A DNA stretch of 64,000 nucleotides from the human T2T-CHM13v2.0 reference genome, Homo sapiens, in assembly GCF_009914755.1 (NCBI RefSeq), contig NC_060937.1. The stretch is one strand, 5' to 3'. The notes beneath the pieces were generated by a model. That model worked only from the letters and a program-made list of their open reading frames with translations. It was not told the origin of the DNA and did no database searches. The position numbers were made by a program, and so were the translations under genes. This document shows positions 1 through 14,388 of this stretch, piece after piece; the stretch's first letter is position 1, and each line of letters opens with the position of its first letter.

Positions 1-342
<342 letters not shown>

Positions 343-749
343 TTAAATGAGTGGCCCGGCAGAGGGCAGGGAACTTGAATGTACCCCTCCTAATCTCACT
401 CTGTTTCACCCCATCGGCTACTCAGCTTGCTGCGGCATTGGGAGAAGGCCACAGGACAGGGGAAAGAGTTCTCTTCACTTTGGTTTGTTTGCCTGGTTTC
501 TCCCACATTTTACACAGGTTTAAAGGGAAGAGATAATGGGCAGGGTATTGTGGAAAAACAGTGAAAAAAAGGGAACAGGAGTAAGTGCAGGATAAAGGAG
601 GAAAGACAGACACTGGGAATGGTGGTTGAATCATGAATTTTCTAGTTTCTCATTTCCCTCTTGTCACAGGCACCTTGACAAATGCTAGAATTTAAACTGC
701 TGATTTGTAGCTCTTAAAGGATTCAGGGAGCCAACAGCAAAATACCTAC

Positions 750-1209
750 CAGTTTTGGGGTTCGCCTTCTCCATCTCCCTCAGCCTCTGCCGCTCCTGGA
801 GGATCTGCAATCCTGTCATGAGCTGATACTCTGCAGGTTCTGTGCTGGTGTTCCTTTGAACCAGTCGCAGGTCTCGCTCATCCATAAGTCTAATCACATT
901 TGCTCGGTGCATGTTTCCCAAATCATTGCCCTTCTCATCAAATAAGTGAATAACTCGCTGACTAATTTTTCTTCCAACGTTACTAAAAGCTGTTTTATTC
1001 TTTTTTGTCTTTTTTCCTTCATTCTGGGTGTCTTCAGCGGTACTAAAGGCTTTTGCATGAATTAGGAAGGAGAGTCTTGGGGCAGAAGCAATAGGGGACA
1101 ACTGTGCTGGTGCTGTCTTTTGCAGGATGTGTTTACCAAAACATCTAATGCAACTATTTTCAGACTTTACAGTTTGTAGTGTTAACCTCTTTAGAAAAAG
1201 AGCAGCCAT
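750..1209 (-). CDS. MTIF3: MTIF3 first coding exon (codons 1-153 plus 1 nt): mitochondrial targeting peptide and IF3 N-terminal domain; CDS continues beyond the left edge
   Basis: Translation [20 protein letters not shown]...[36 protein letters not shown]...ANPKTG matches human IF3mt as recalled. Acceptor tttcttag|G-ATG (exon starts 1210, ATG 1209). Donor CTG|gtaggt at 750/749. Codon 68 is ACA (Thr). Confidence 0.97.
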
Positions 1210-1526
1210 CCTAAGAAAGTAGTAAGAAGAGTTCATTAAAATTCAATCACTTATTCCCTTGGTCTGACATTGTGGTACATGGCAGGGTGTGTGTGAGGTT
1301 GTGGAGGCTGTAACTGCAAGTGTGAGGGAAATGCTGTTCTCTAGACTTTCAGATCCACACACAGGAAGTCTACACTGATAAAGCGGACTAGCAGGTGACT
1401 CTGGCCAGACTAACTCATGGTGATACTGTCCCCAAGACAAGTGGCTATTAGAATAAACCAGATTTACATAGCATTTTGGTTTCACTTTTTTTTTTTTTTC
1501 TGTACACATGATCTCATTTGACTACT

Positions 1527-1958
1527 TAGTTGACCCCTGAACAACTTGGGAGTTAGGGAAACAGACCCCCTGTGCAGTTGAAAATCTGTGTATAACTTTG
1601 ACTCCTCAAAAACTTACTAATAGCTTACTGTTGACTGAAAGCCTTATGAATAACATAAGCAGTTGATTAACACATATTTTGTATGCCATATGTATTATAT
1701 ACTGTATTCTTACAATACAGCAAGCTAGAGAAAAGAAATGTCATTAAGAAAATCATAAAGAAGAGAAAATATATTTACTATTAAGTGGAAGTGGATCACC
1801 ATAAAGGTCTTCATCCTCATTGTCTTCACATCAAGTAGGCTGAGGAGGAGGAGCAAGAGGAGGGGTTGGTCTTCTCTCAGGGGTGGCAAAGGTGGAGGAA
1901 AATCCACATATATGTGGACCCCATGCAGTTCAAACCTGTGTTGTTCTAGGATCAACTG
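1527..1958. mobile_element. Tigger2a/MER28-like non-autonomous Tc1/mariner DNA transposon
   Basis: Terminal inverted repeats agttgacccctgaacaac ... gttgttctaggatcaactg followed by TA; ~432 bp; internal text resembles the MER28 consensus. Confidence 0.85.
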
Positions 1959-2779
1959 TATTTCTCATGCATCTTGTAGTGCCAACTCCAAAAGCGAGTG
2001 TCATCTTAGGGGTTTATTTATGAGGATGCAGTACATAAAATGCTTGGTGATTCATAAACACCAATTGATAAACTTCTAATATAATTAACTGTTAACAATT
2101 TTTCAATACATCTGATGGTATATAGCAGATAGGAACACACTATGGGAAAGGGACCTCTCCAGGAAGGAAGCCAGCCCACTGCAAGAATAACTGAGCCTGT
2201 CAGAAAACACTGTGACATAAATCAAAGTGCTAACCTCATAAACTATAAAGATCATTCTCAAGGTAAGGCAGGTGTTAATTACTACCAAATGTTAACAGAG
2301 GCATGTATGGTGACAGTGGTTTTACTTCATGGTTATGAGACTGAATTTGAAGCACTTACAAATGGCACATTGATTTTTTAATTGCTTTTCTGTCCTTCCA
2401 TTCATGTATTTGGTAAATCTTAGAAGTACAGGCTGAAAGAGTGCTGAGAGGACCCATTCATCTCATCTAGGGCATGCTAGGAATCATTAGAGAATCACAA
2501 ACTTGGAGAGGTGTGACTTGTCAAAGATGAAAGAGGAAAACAGAAGGTGTCTTCAGGGTGCTTCTCAAAGAATGGTCCCAGAATCTCCTGGGGTGTTTAA
2601 AACTGGAAGTTCCCTCTGGTCCCTGGCTTTGAGCCCACTGGGCTGTACAACCCACTTATCTCTCACCTGTCATGTTCAAGAGTGATATGCAAAAAAATAT
2701 GGTAAATTCAACAGAAAGTGATGGACATGCATATTCTCAACACCCTCCTTACCTAGTTTGGTAACACCCAACACTCTAA

Positions 2780-3762
2780 TTTATAGCTCTGGTGCCAGTC
2801 TCTTCTCTTGAGTTCCACACCTGTAGGGTTAACCGCCTACCCAACCTCTCCACTTAGATATGTAATAGTCATTGAGGATTAACGTGTTCAAAGTTCAATG
2901 CTTTGCCTTCCATGCAAAACTTGCTCCTCCCTCAGTCTTCCCTGTCTCATGTAATTGCAACACATTCTTCTGGTTGCTCAGGCCAAAAATACCAACGTTA
3001 TCCTTGACTCTTTATTTTCTCTCAGCAACCCATCCGCAAAACCTACCGTTCAACCAGTATAACCACTTCTCACCTTCTCTACTGCTATCATCCCACTCCC
3101 AAACCGCCGCGCCGCTCAACTGCATCACAGTAAAACCGCATCACAATAACAGCTTCCCGACTGCTCTTCCTGCCTCTGCCCTCACAGCCTGGAGTTTATT
3201 ACTGCTAGGGCACACAGAGCAATCCTTAAAAATGCGTAAGTCAGATCACGTTCCTCCTCTGCCCACACCCTCCCCTGGCTAGTATCTCACTCCAAGTAAA
3301 AGCTAAGCTCTCTACCATGCCCACTGGCCTGTGCCGACCGTACTTCTTCTGGCTCACTCTGTTCCAGCCTCCTTGCTGTTCCTTGTGAACAGTGAACACA
3401 CCCCTCCTCTGGGTCCTGGCACCCAGAAGTTCTCTCTCCCTGCAACACTCTTCCCTCAGATAGCCTCATGGTTCATTTACCTCGTCTCTGCTCAAACGCT
3501 ACCTACTCAGCGAGCCCTTCCCTGACCCTTCCATAAAAGAGCACACCCCAACACTCTCAAACCCATTACCTTGCCTTTTAAAAACTTTACTGCATTCATC
3601 ACTGCTGGACACATTCTATATTTATTTGCATATATGTTCATAATCTTTCCTCACTGGAATGAAAGCTTCATGAGAACATGGACTTTGTCCATTTTGTTCA
3701 CTGCTGTGTTCCCCGGCACTACAGCTCAGAGCCTGGCTCAGCATGCACATGTCGAATGAATG
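2780..3762 (+). mobile_element. L2 LINE 3' relic
   Basis: Pyrimidine-rich L2-like text (tcagatcacgttcctcctctg, cagagcctggctcagc) ending in gaatgaatg. Confidence 0.7.
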
Positions 3763-4783
3763 CACGGGCCGAAGGAAACAGCCAAGGAGCTATGGCAGGG
3801 CTGCTGGCATTTAACCTCTACACCTTCGGATGTGTCACGAATGCCTACAAACTACACCCTTCACATTTCTAGCTGGCATTTCAGATGCCCGTCAGTAATG
3901 GTGAGTATCTGTGGCCAGATGCTCCATCCACAGTGTATGACATGCATTGATTTATGGTTATTACCCAGCTGGTGGCTCCAGCTGTAGATGCTGTAAAGGC
4001 TCTAAGGTGGGAGCAAAGTGATTTTAAATCACTGACATACTGTTTAATAAAAAGTCAGATCTTTTGTGAATGGAGGAAGCCCCCAAACCAAAAAAGAAGA
4101 AAAATCTGAAAAGATCACAGAAGATTTTTTTTTCACTTATCAGAAAACTAGCAGCAGCATCCAGTCCCAAATGTCACTAGGTATTCTGCTAGGGGACTCT
4201 TAAGTTCCTGCTCACAAGCCTGCTCTATAAACTTTATGTCTAAAATCAGTGTTGTTTCTTTCCAAAGTCTGTATTAGCGACAATGATGTAGAAGTTATCA
4301 CATGTAAAATCATGTTACTAAATAGATAGATATAAATTCTAATATTCTTGATATATACAGTAGACAAAACAGTTCACTGCAATTAAGCTTTAATACTAAC
4401 TCAGTACTGGCTATCTTTTTCCCTTAGTAGTTATGAATAAGAGCTAAAGTGCCTTGTTTAATAAATTATCAACATATTAAAATATAAAAAATTTCAAAAT
4501 TTGATTTTTTTCAAACAAGCAAACAAAATAACTAGATATAGGAAAAGATGAAAAAAATTTATAAAAATGTTGAAGACAAAAGCAATTCATTCCCCTATTT
4601 TTCCTAATTGCCAGTATTTCTCAAGTTTTTTTATAAGTGTTATTTTTATACTTGAAAATAAATTTTATTTACAAAATAAAGACTATTTCAGAAAAATGAC
4701 GTAGGTTTTTTAAAAAAGCTTTAAAAACACTTTCCAAGAAGGAAACAAAGGAAAGGGAAAGAATAGAAAAACACTGGAAGTAG

Positions 4784-5086
4784 GGCCGGGTGCAGTGGCT
4801 CACGCCTGTAACCCCAGCACTTTGGGAGGCTGAGGTGGGCGGATCACAAGGTCAGGAGATCCAGACCATCCTGGCTAACACAGTGAAACCCTGTCTCTAC
4901 TAAAAAATAAAATAAAAATTAGCTGGGCGTGGTGGCGGGCGCCTGTAGTCCCGGCTACTCGGGAGGCTGAGGCAGGAGAATGGCGTGAACCCGGAAGGCG
5001 GAGCTAGCAGTGAGCGAGATTGCGCCACTGCACTCCAGCCTGGGCGACAGAGCGAGACTCTGTCTCAAAAAAAACGAAAAAAAAAA
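4784..5086 (+). mobile_element. AluY with 18-bp TSD
   Basis: AluY diagnostics (accatcctggctaacac, aatggcgtgaacc); TSD agaaaaacactggaagta at 4765-4782 and 5086-5103. Confidence 0.95.
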
Positions 5087-5849
5087 GAAAAACACTGGAA
5101 GTATATAACTTTTAAAGTTCTTTGCCACTAGTTTAAATTTTTAAGAAACTTCAATTTTTATTGATGTATACAGCAAACAATGCAATTCATTGCAATTAAG
5201 CTTTAATACTAACTCAATACTGGCTTTAAATCAGCAAAATTGAAAATATACGTTTCTTCAAAACAGGCCCTTATAGATAAAAATATAAATACAAAGTTAA
5301 AACAACCTGTAATATTACATTTAAATTGCAGCTATCAACATAAATTCATAATTTAAAAACTTTTTATTAGGGAACTTTTTAACCTTGTACAGAAAGAACT
5401 GGATAATAAACAGCAGCTGGGTTTCATCTTTACCCCTCAACTATCTCCCCCCAACCATCCAGGAATGCTTTCAAAGTAAATCCTACTTTTTCAGGAAATA
5501 GTATGTATCTCTAAGAGGTACTCCTTAATCTTTTTAGTATTCACAATATTATCCCAATTAAAAAACGTTCCTTTATTTCATCAAATATTTAGCTTTCAGA
5601 TTTCCATGATGGTATTATGATTTTGTTTGTTTACATGTCATTTACAGTTTGGCAGCATGAAGAGACTCCCACTGGTCAATTTTGGTGTAATTTAAACAGT
5701 AAGGCATAATCACTGTCATTCATTTCAATATACTGAATATACAAAAATCTATGAAAATGATAATTTGCCACAACTGCATGGGACTATTATATTGATTTTT
5801 TACTTTGAAAATTGCTAATTAAATAAAAAGAACTGAGCATTTATCCTAC

Positions 5850-5918
5850 CTTTTTTAGGAAGAACTGTAATCATCCCCAGTTGATGAGGAGAAGCTCTTC
5901 TGTAGAGAAGAATGACAG
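5850..5918 (-). other. MTIF3: MTIF3 5'UTR exon (69 nt)
   Basis: Minus strand: polypyrimidine acceptor cttttcttttgtgtttattag|CTGTCATT...CCTAAAAAAG|gtagga donor; agrees with my recollection of the MTIF3 mRNA leader. Confidence 0.88.
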
Positions 5919-5959
5919 CTAATAAACACAAAAGAAAAGTAAAAGTAATTAGAAAATCA

Positions 5960-7300
<1,341 letters not shown>

Positions 7301-7599
7301 TTTTAAAGAACAAATCAATAGCCTAGAGGGAGGAATGGTTCACTGGTAATGCCAATGTAACTATTCTAGTCTGTGTAAGTTCTAAATTTCACTGTAATTT
7401 AATACATTGACATTCTGGCTTTGTACATAATTTTAAAAAATATTCCCTTTATTCGTTTCAAGCCTATATCTAAGTGACCCATAAATAAGGAACTTTATAA
7501 ACTTAAAATTCTGATTTTTTTGTAATGCATAGTGCCTTTATTTCTTCATTTAGTTTTCCTTAAACTCAGGTCTAAAAGTCTCATCATAAATGGTGATGG

Positions 7600-7772
7600 G
7601 GGCGGATGGGAAGGAGGCTGGCATAAAAAAAGTACACATTAGGTACAATGTATACGATTCGGGTGATGGTGCACTAAAATCTCAGAATTCACCACTATAT
7701 AATTCGTCCATGTAATGAAAAACCACTTGCAGTCCAAAAGCTACTGAAATAAAAATTTTAGAAGAATAAAAC
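7600..7772 (+). mobile_element. 5'-truncated L1 (L1PB/L1MA-type) 3' end with TSD
   Basis: L1 3'UTR text (gggtgatggtgcactaaaatctcagaattcaccact...gaaataaaaa) flanked by aaatggtgatgg on both sides. Confidence 0.8.
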
Positions 7773-8299
7773 AAATGGTGATGGTTTCAGTTTGAGGCAG
7801 AACTTGTACAATTTTTTGCTAGTGAACGGTTAAAAGTTAACTGGTCTACAATGGGGTGGTGTTTCTCAGAAACCACGGCCTGTCGGCATCACCTGGGGAT
7901 GCTTTTCAAAACACAGATGTTTCCTCTTCCCTATCCTGTTCAGAACCAGTGGGTTAGGCCAAAAAAAAAAAAAAAAAAAAAAAGATGAACTTTAAGAAAA
8001 AGAGTAAGAAAACACTATAAGTGGGGTCAAGGGTAGTTTGAGCTAGGATGCCTGAGACTACCCCTAACCTTTCAAAGTTGAATAAAAATAGGAAGCCATG
8101 TTCTCTGATGAAAATCTCTGATGCCTCTGTGAGGTAAACAACACTAGGCTGAAGAGGCCAGGAGACTAACTCAAAATAGAAACAAACGCTTACGTTCTTA
8201 TGATAATCCTGTTGCATTTGCTGCACTCACTCCCACAACTATACTCTCCGAGACAGCCACAATATTCTAAAAGCCAATTATCTTAATGTCAATTACTTA

Positions 8300-8765
8300 T
8301 AATGCATAACTTTATAGTATGATATCCATTTTTAATTCGATGATTACTCAGACTTTATCTGAGTTTTGACAAGTGCATATACCTTTGTAACCAAAACTCC
8401 TATCGACAGAACATCACCATTATCCCAGGAAGTTCCCTCTTGCCATTTCCAAGTCAATCTCCATCCCCAAGAGGCAACTATTGTTCTGATTTTTTCCCAT
8501 CATAGTCTGTCCTAAGACTTCATATAAATGGAACCAAACAATATCTACTCTTTGTTGTAAGACATCTCAGCATGTTTCGAGATTCATTCACGTTGTACGG
8601 ATCATTACCTTGTTCCTTTTTATTTCTAAGAAGTGTCCTCCAAGTATATGAATATATCGCAGTTTTTAAATCTAGTTTTCTGTTAATGAACACCTAGGCT
8701 GTTCCCTTTATTTATTTATTTATTTTTGGCTCTTATGAATAGCTGCTGTGAACATTCTTGTACCA
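8300..8765 (-). mobile_element. Old L1M fragment, antisense
   Basis: L1MC/ME-like reverse 3'UTR text (tctcagcatgtttcgagattcattcacgttgt; gctgctgtgaacattcttgtac). Confidence 0.7.
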
Positions 8766-9526
8766 AAAAAAAGACAATTATTACTGCTCCAAAGGACAGC
8801 TGTATTCCCTGTATAATTCATTATTTTGCATTCTACCGGAAGTACTGATAAAATATTTGCAGGGAAACTTCCTGGAACATGATTTAAATATGTGGTTTAG
8901 TAGATATGAGGGGTGGGTGGGTGGGCATTCTCGTCCTATAAAAAATTGCTTGCATGCATTTGAAATCATGTGGACTGAAGAGACGAAAATAACTTCTATT
9001 ATTTGTTCACTCACTGCTTTTCTCATACAGCTGATATTCACAAGCTCATACTGTTATCTGTTCTTTCCTGGGAGATTGGATCAAAGTTGCATAGATTCTA
9101 GCGGACTAAATATTTGTGAAATTAATTTTGCCAATTCTCATGACTCTAAGAACTCTTTTACACCTTCCAAAGAAGTTTCATAAAGTCCTTGCTTCTGCCT
9201 GCAAACTGTCCCAGTTGCCCCATTCTGGCCTGAGCAGTGCAGCCTTAATCCCAGAGGGCCTGCGCTACCGTTACTGGGCCTTCATGCTCCCCTCCCTTGG
9301 CTCTGGTTTTGCTCTTCCATAGGGAGCACAAAGTGTACTCTCCATAATGAGGCTGAGCTGTTTACGTGCTAGAACTCCCATTTAGAACACTGGAAAAAGC
9401 CAACATTATATCTTTGGCCAACTATTTAACCTTATTTCTTTAGCTATTAAATTGAAATAATAACCATATGTTTTAAAAAGCTTTTAAACCCAGAGCTAAA
9501 GACTCTGTATTAAAAACTGGACTTAC

Positions 9527-9840
<314 letters not shown>

Positions 9841-10689
9841 TTATTCTCCTATGTTAATCCTATGTTAGTCTTCTTCCAGAACTCTAGTGATGGGATCACT
9901 ACCCATCCACAACCTCCAGTCACCTCCAAGACACCTTTGACGCCTCCACTTTCCCAGTCAACCCAACACCAAGCCTCATCGACTTCATTTCCTAAACCCC
10001 ACTCGAATCCATCCAGTCCTCTCCGTATCCACTGTCACCACCGTCAGTTTAAAACATCGACCACCTCGTTTGGATTCCTGCCAGTCTCCTAACTCGGCTT
10101 GAGCCCTGGCAACCAGTTCCCACTGCACTGCGGTCACTACACCCAGGACCTTCCTCACCTTAAATAAAACTGCCCCGAGATTAAAGATCTACACCTTCGC
10201 CAGGCCAAAAGGCCCTTCCCACCTCTCCAGTTTCTTCTTTATGCCTAGGCCACACTGGCCATTCGGTTTTTGAAATACAGTACTCTCGTCCTTGGTTTAG
10301 GAAACGCCAGATCCTTAGCGCATTCTTCTGATTACCTTCCAAACTAAGCCAGTTCTCCCATCCCTCCCCCAATTTACTGAGCTTAACACTGAATGCTTCT
10401 ACAGTCCAGTTGACCTTTCCTTTAAAACATTCATTACAATTACAGTTTTGTGATGATCTTAGCACTGCTGTTCTCCATCACTAGACCGTAAACTCTACGA
10501 AGCAGGAACAAAATGGACTTATTCGTTACTGTGTTGTGCCTGACAGAATGAATAGTAGTCGATTTTCAGATTCTTCTCTCCATCCTCTACTTTTCTAAGA
10601 CTTAGGCCTTTCACAACACGTACTTGAAACTGAGACTTCTCAGTAAGAGAACTTCGTTTACTTGGTTCAAGTCTTAAGCCACGGAGCCC

Positions 10690-12000
10690 ACTAAATGACA
10701 AATGAGAAAAAAAATCCCAGTCACTTCGCGACCTTCCCCCATAAGGCCTCCTCCCGCAACAGCAGGCAGCAAGAACAACGCATTTGTCCAGCATGTCCTG
10801 CGCAGGCGCCCTTCGCCTGGCTCGCTCTGCCCCACCTGTGCCAGGCAGTAAGCCGCAAGAGCACTTCCGGGAGCCCCCGACCCGGTTGTTGGTAAGTCGG
10901 CGGCGACGCCCACCTGCAGAACGGGACCGGCGGAGCGCCAGGGCTAGAGACGGGACGTAGCGACGTACTGCGTGCGTGCGTGCGCACAAACGTGGGCGCG
11001 CATGTCGGGACGGAACTAGAAAAGCTCAGTGGGGCTGGCGGCAACTCTAGGTCTAACATCCCTCGGAAGTTCGTGCAGCGGCCTCGCTGAAAATGGCTTT
11101 ACAGCCCGGCAGAACCCTCCGACTCCGCAGCAGGACCTGCGGAGCCTCTCCGCCCTCGGTACCGGCGGGACGGGGTAGCCCTGACCTTCCGGGTGCCTCC
11201 TCCACAGGGGCGCCCCCTAAGGCCACGCCCTCCCGATGCCGGTCCGCGCACCGCTCCGCACGCCTCATATTTAGCATTACCTGTGCTGGGGCAAGCGATT
11301 GACATACTGTAGCGGACGCAAGTACAGCGGATCTGCGGCGAGTCCCCTTCGCTCTCCGTAGTGGGCGGGGCTTCACCCCGCGTCCTTTAAAGGAAAGGTG
11401 ATGGGCGGAGCCACGTTTTTCTACTGTTGGGATTCAGTTCCGCCGACAGAAAATGCGGAGAACGCGGAGGAAGTCCCTGAGGGGAAATTGCTGCTCACCT
11501 GGCTCCCGCTGCTCCGCAGGTGCGGTGAAGGCTAATGTCGAATTTCTGCAGCAATCGGAGCAGCCCTTACTCCAGTTACATTAACACCAATCTCGGTCTC
11601 CCACTAGGGCTTTATAAATTGCTTTCATAAACGTCTTTTTAATGTAACACTGAATAAAATGTTTTATAAGCGTCTTTTATAAGGATCGTAAGTGAAAGGG
11701 CGCTGTCTCCGATTTGCAGGTGAGCAGACAGCTTCGGAGTGAGAACGGCTCCCCGCGGGTCCCCGGTGGCGCGCGGCTCCCGGAGGCAAAACAAAGCTGG
11801 GGCCGGGGCGTCGGAGCCTCCGCGTTGTAGTTGGGAGAGGTTCGAACGGGGCCCCAGCTGGCGAAAGGGAAAACGGACCCGGACCCGGACCCGTGGAGCC
11901 TGCTCGAAAGCCGGGTGCTGGGGGTCTGGGCCCCGTGTCCCCCCTTTTTCTTCTTCAATAAGAAATTCCTCAAGGGCAGACTGCGAGTCCACAGTCGTGA
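10690..12000. promoter_or_regulatory. MTIF3: CpG island and MTIF3 promoter
   Basis: Abrupt rise in GC and CpG. GC boxes TGGGCGGGGC (11362-11371) and TGGGCGGAGC (11402-11411). ETS/GABP sites CACTTCCGG (10862-10870) and CGGAAGT (11064-11070). NRF1-like TGCGTGCGTGCGTGCGCA (10969-10986). YY1-like GAAAATGGC (11089-11097). Confidence 0.9.
11281..11345 (-). other. MTIF3: MTIF3 first (non-coding) exon; TSS approximate
   Basis: Donor CAG|gtaatg at 11281/11280, immediately downstream of two GC boxes in the CpG island; the 5' boundary cannot be fixed from sequence. Confidence 0.8.
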
Positions 12001-12439
12001 AGCCACCTAATCTGGCTTCATACCTGGAATGTTTGGATTCCTGGTACGAAGAAAAACTAACATTTATTGGCTACTTGTCCACTGGAAGGCGTTGTCTTAT
12101 TTCTCATTAACTCCTTGAGTCAGCATTACGTCTTTTATTACAGATGACACAACTACTAAAGCTTTAAATAGTTCTTTGGGAGCAAAGACGAAATCTCCAT
12201 TTCCTTTTTAGCTGCTGGTAGCTCGACGCTCACTGTTAAAATAGGGAGGTAATGAAACAACTCTTGTGTGAGACCGAAAGTCCAGGTGTGCATCTTGGCC
12301 ATTTCCAAGTTAATCAAGAAGAATTAAGGATTCATTTTATTCTATCAAAATTATTTCTCAATGCCAAGATATTTTGTGTGACGTAGATTCGGGGACAGAC
12401 TGAGTAGCACAATACCTGGGAAAAGTTAGGTGCTCAGCA

Positions 12440-12640
12440 ATTATAATTGCCCACATTTGTGATTGCTTTTGCCTATGTGCCAGACACTGTTCTACGCACT
12501 GAACATATCTCAAGTTATTCAATCTTCAGGACAACCTTATGAGCCAATTATTATTATTACCCATTTTACAGATGAGGGAACTGAAACAAATTTGCCCAAG
12601 GTCGCACAACTAGTAGCAGAATCAAGAATAAAAAAGCCAA
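12440..12640 (-). mobile_element. MIR
   Basis: MIR core cccattttacagatgagggaactga...ttgcccaaggtcgcacaactagt. Confidence 0.75.
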
Positions 12641-12851
12641 AAAACCCCAAACCCAGGCAAACTTTAAATGTTCCTTGCATTGCTAGACTGAAGTAGTGAG
12701 AGAAACAGTAAACAGTACGAGTCCATGAAAACATTAAAAGGATGTGAAGTATGTACAAGTAACTGAAACATTTAATGCCCAAACTAAAGACTTAAAATTT
12801 GCTAAGGTAATAGCACAGGTAGATTCACACCAAGTAATCACTGGTAACTGA

Positions 12852-13451
<600 letters not shown>

Positions 13452-14074
13452 TAAAGAGTCATTGAGAGCCTTGAGCTGTGCTTGGTGGGGGCAGACTTTG
13501 AAGATCCTTGAATAAAGATGAAGAGGTTTGGGGAAATGCTATTACTATGCCACAGATCTTTAATAAACTACTCCGTTATGTACATAGAAGAGGACTCTGA
13601 GACATGTGTAGAGCTTTCCCAATTGTTATCGTTTCTACATATAATTTAACCCCCTCAAAAAATGTAACTCAATAAGACTCAAATCATGGTGACTCTAAAA
13701 ATGCCTATATTTTCTATTACATAGTAATTTCTACGTTAATTTCCATAGCATGCCCATGAACTTTCTCTTTCAATGAATATATTGGTGATTTGCTCTGATG
13801 AAGGAATAATGGAAATATCCCGTCCCTCTCTTTGCCTGTTAGCTTTCCAAGTCCTCCCACTTTTCCCCAACGCCGAGGGGACCTTCCAAAACAGGATTGT
13901 ATGTGAGATTTACTTGCTTAGCCCAAGGTCATTGAGGTACAACATATCTGATCCACAAAAGAATCAGTCTGTGGGTGATTTCTTTAAAAAGTTATGAACA
14001 CTGGGCTGCGTCTTTATAATGCCACAATGACTAACAATTCATTTAAAAATCTAATACTAATAAAAATCCTGGTG

Positions 14075-14388
14075 GTGGTTGTTTTTTTGTTTTGTTTGTT
14101 TGTTTTTTGAGACGGAGTCTCACTCTGCTGCCGAGGCTGGAGTGCAGTGGCACCGTGTCGGCTCTGCAACCTCCGCCTCCTGGATTCAAGCAGTTCTCCT
14201 GCCTCAGCCTCCCAAGTAGCTGGGATTATAGGCACCCACTACCACGCCTGGCTAGTTTTTATATTTTTAGTACAGACGGGATTTCACCATGTTGGCCAGG
14301 CTGGTCTCGAACTCCTGACCTCAGGTAATCCACCTGCCTCGGCCCCAAAAAGTGCTGGGATTACAGGCATGAGCCACCATGCCCAGTC
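14075..14388 (-). mobile_element. AluS, antisense
   Basis: Reverse Alu consensus. Confidence 0.95.

Noticed and set aside
685-1236. 183-aa ORF as a complete single-exon protein
   Set aside because: MNSSYYFLR lies in the intron before the acceptor at 1211-1212, and the residues after KTG are intron read-through; only 750-1209 is coding
10519-12110. Many overlapping 66-156-aa ORFs in the CpG island
   Set aside because: Expected from stop-codon scarcity in GC-rich DNA; no recognisable domains
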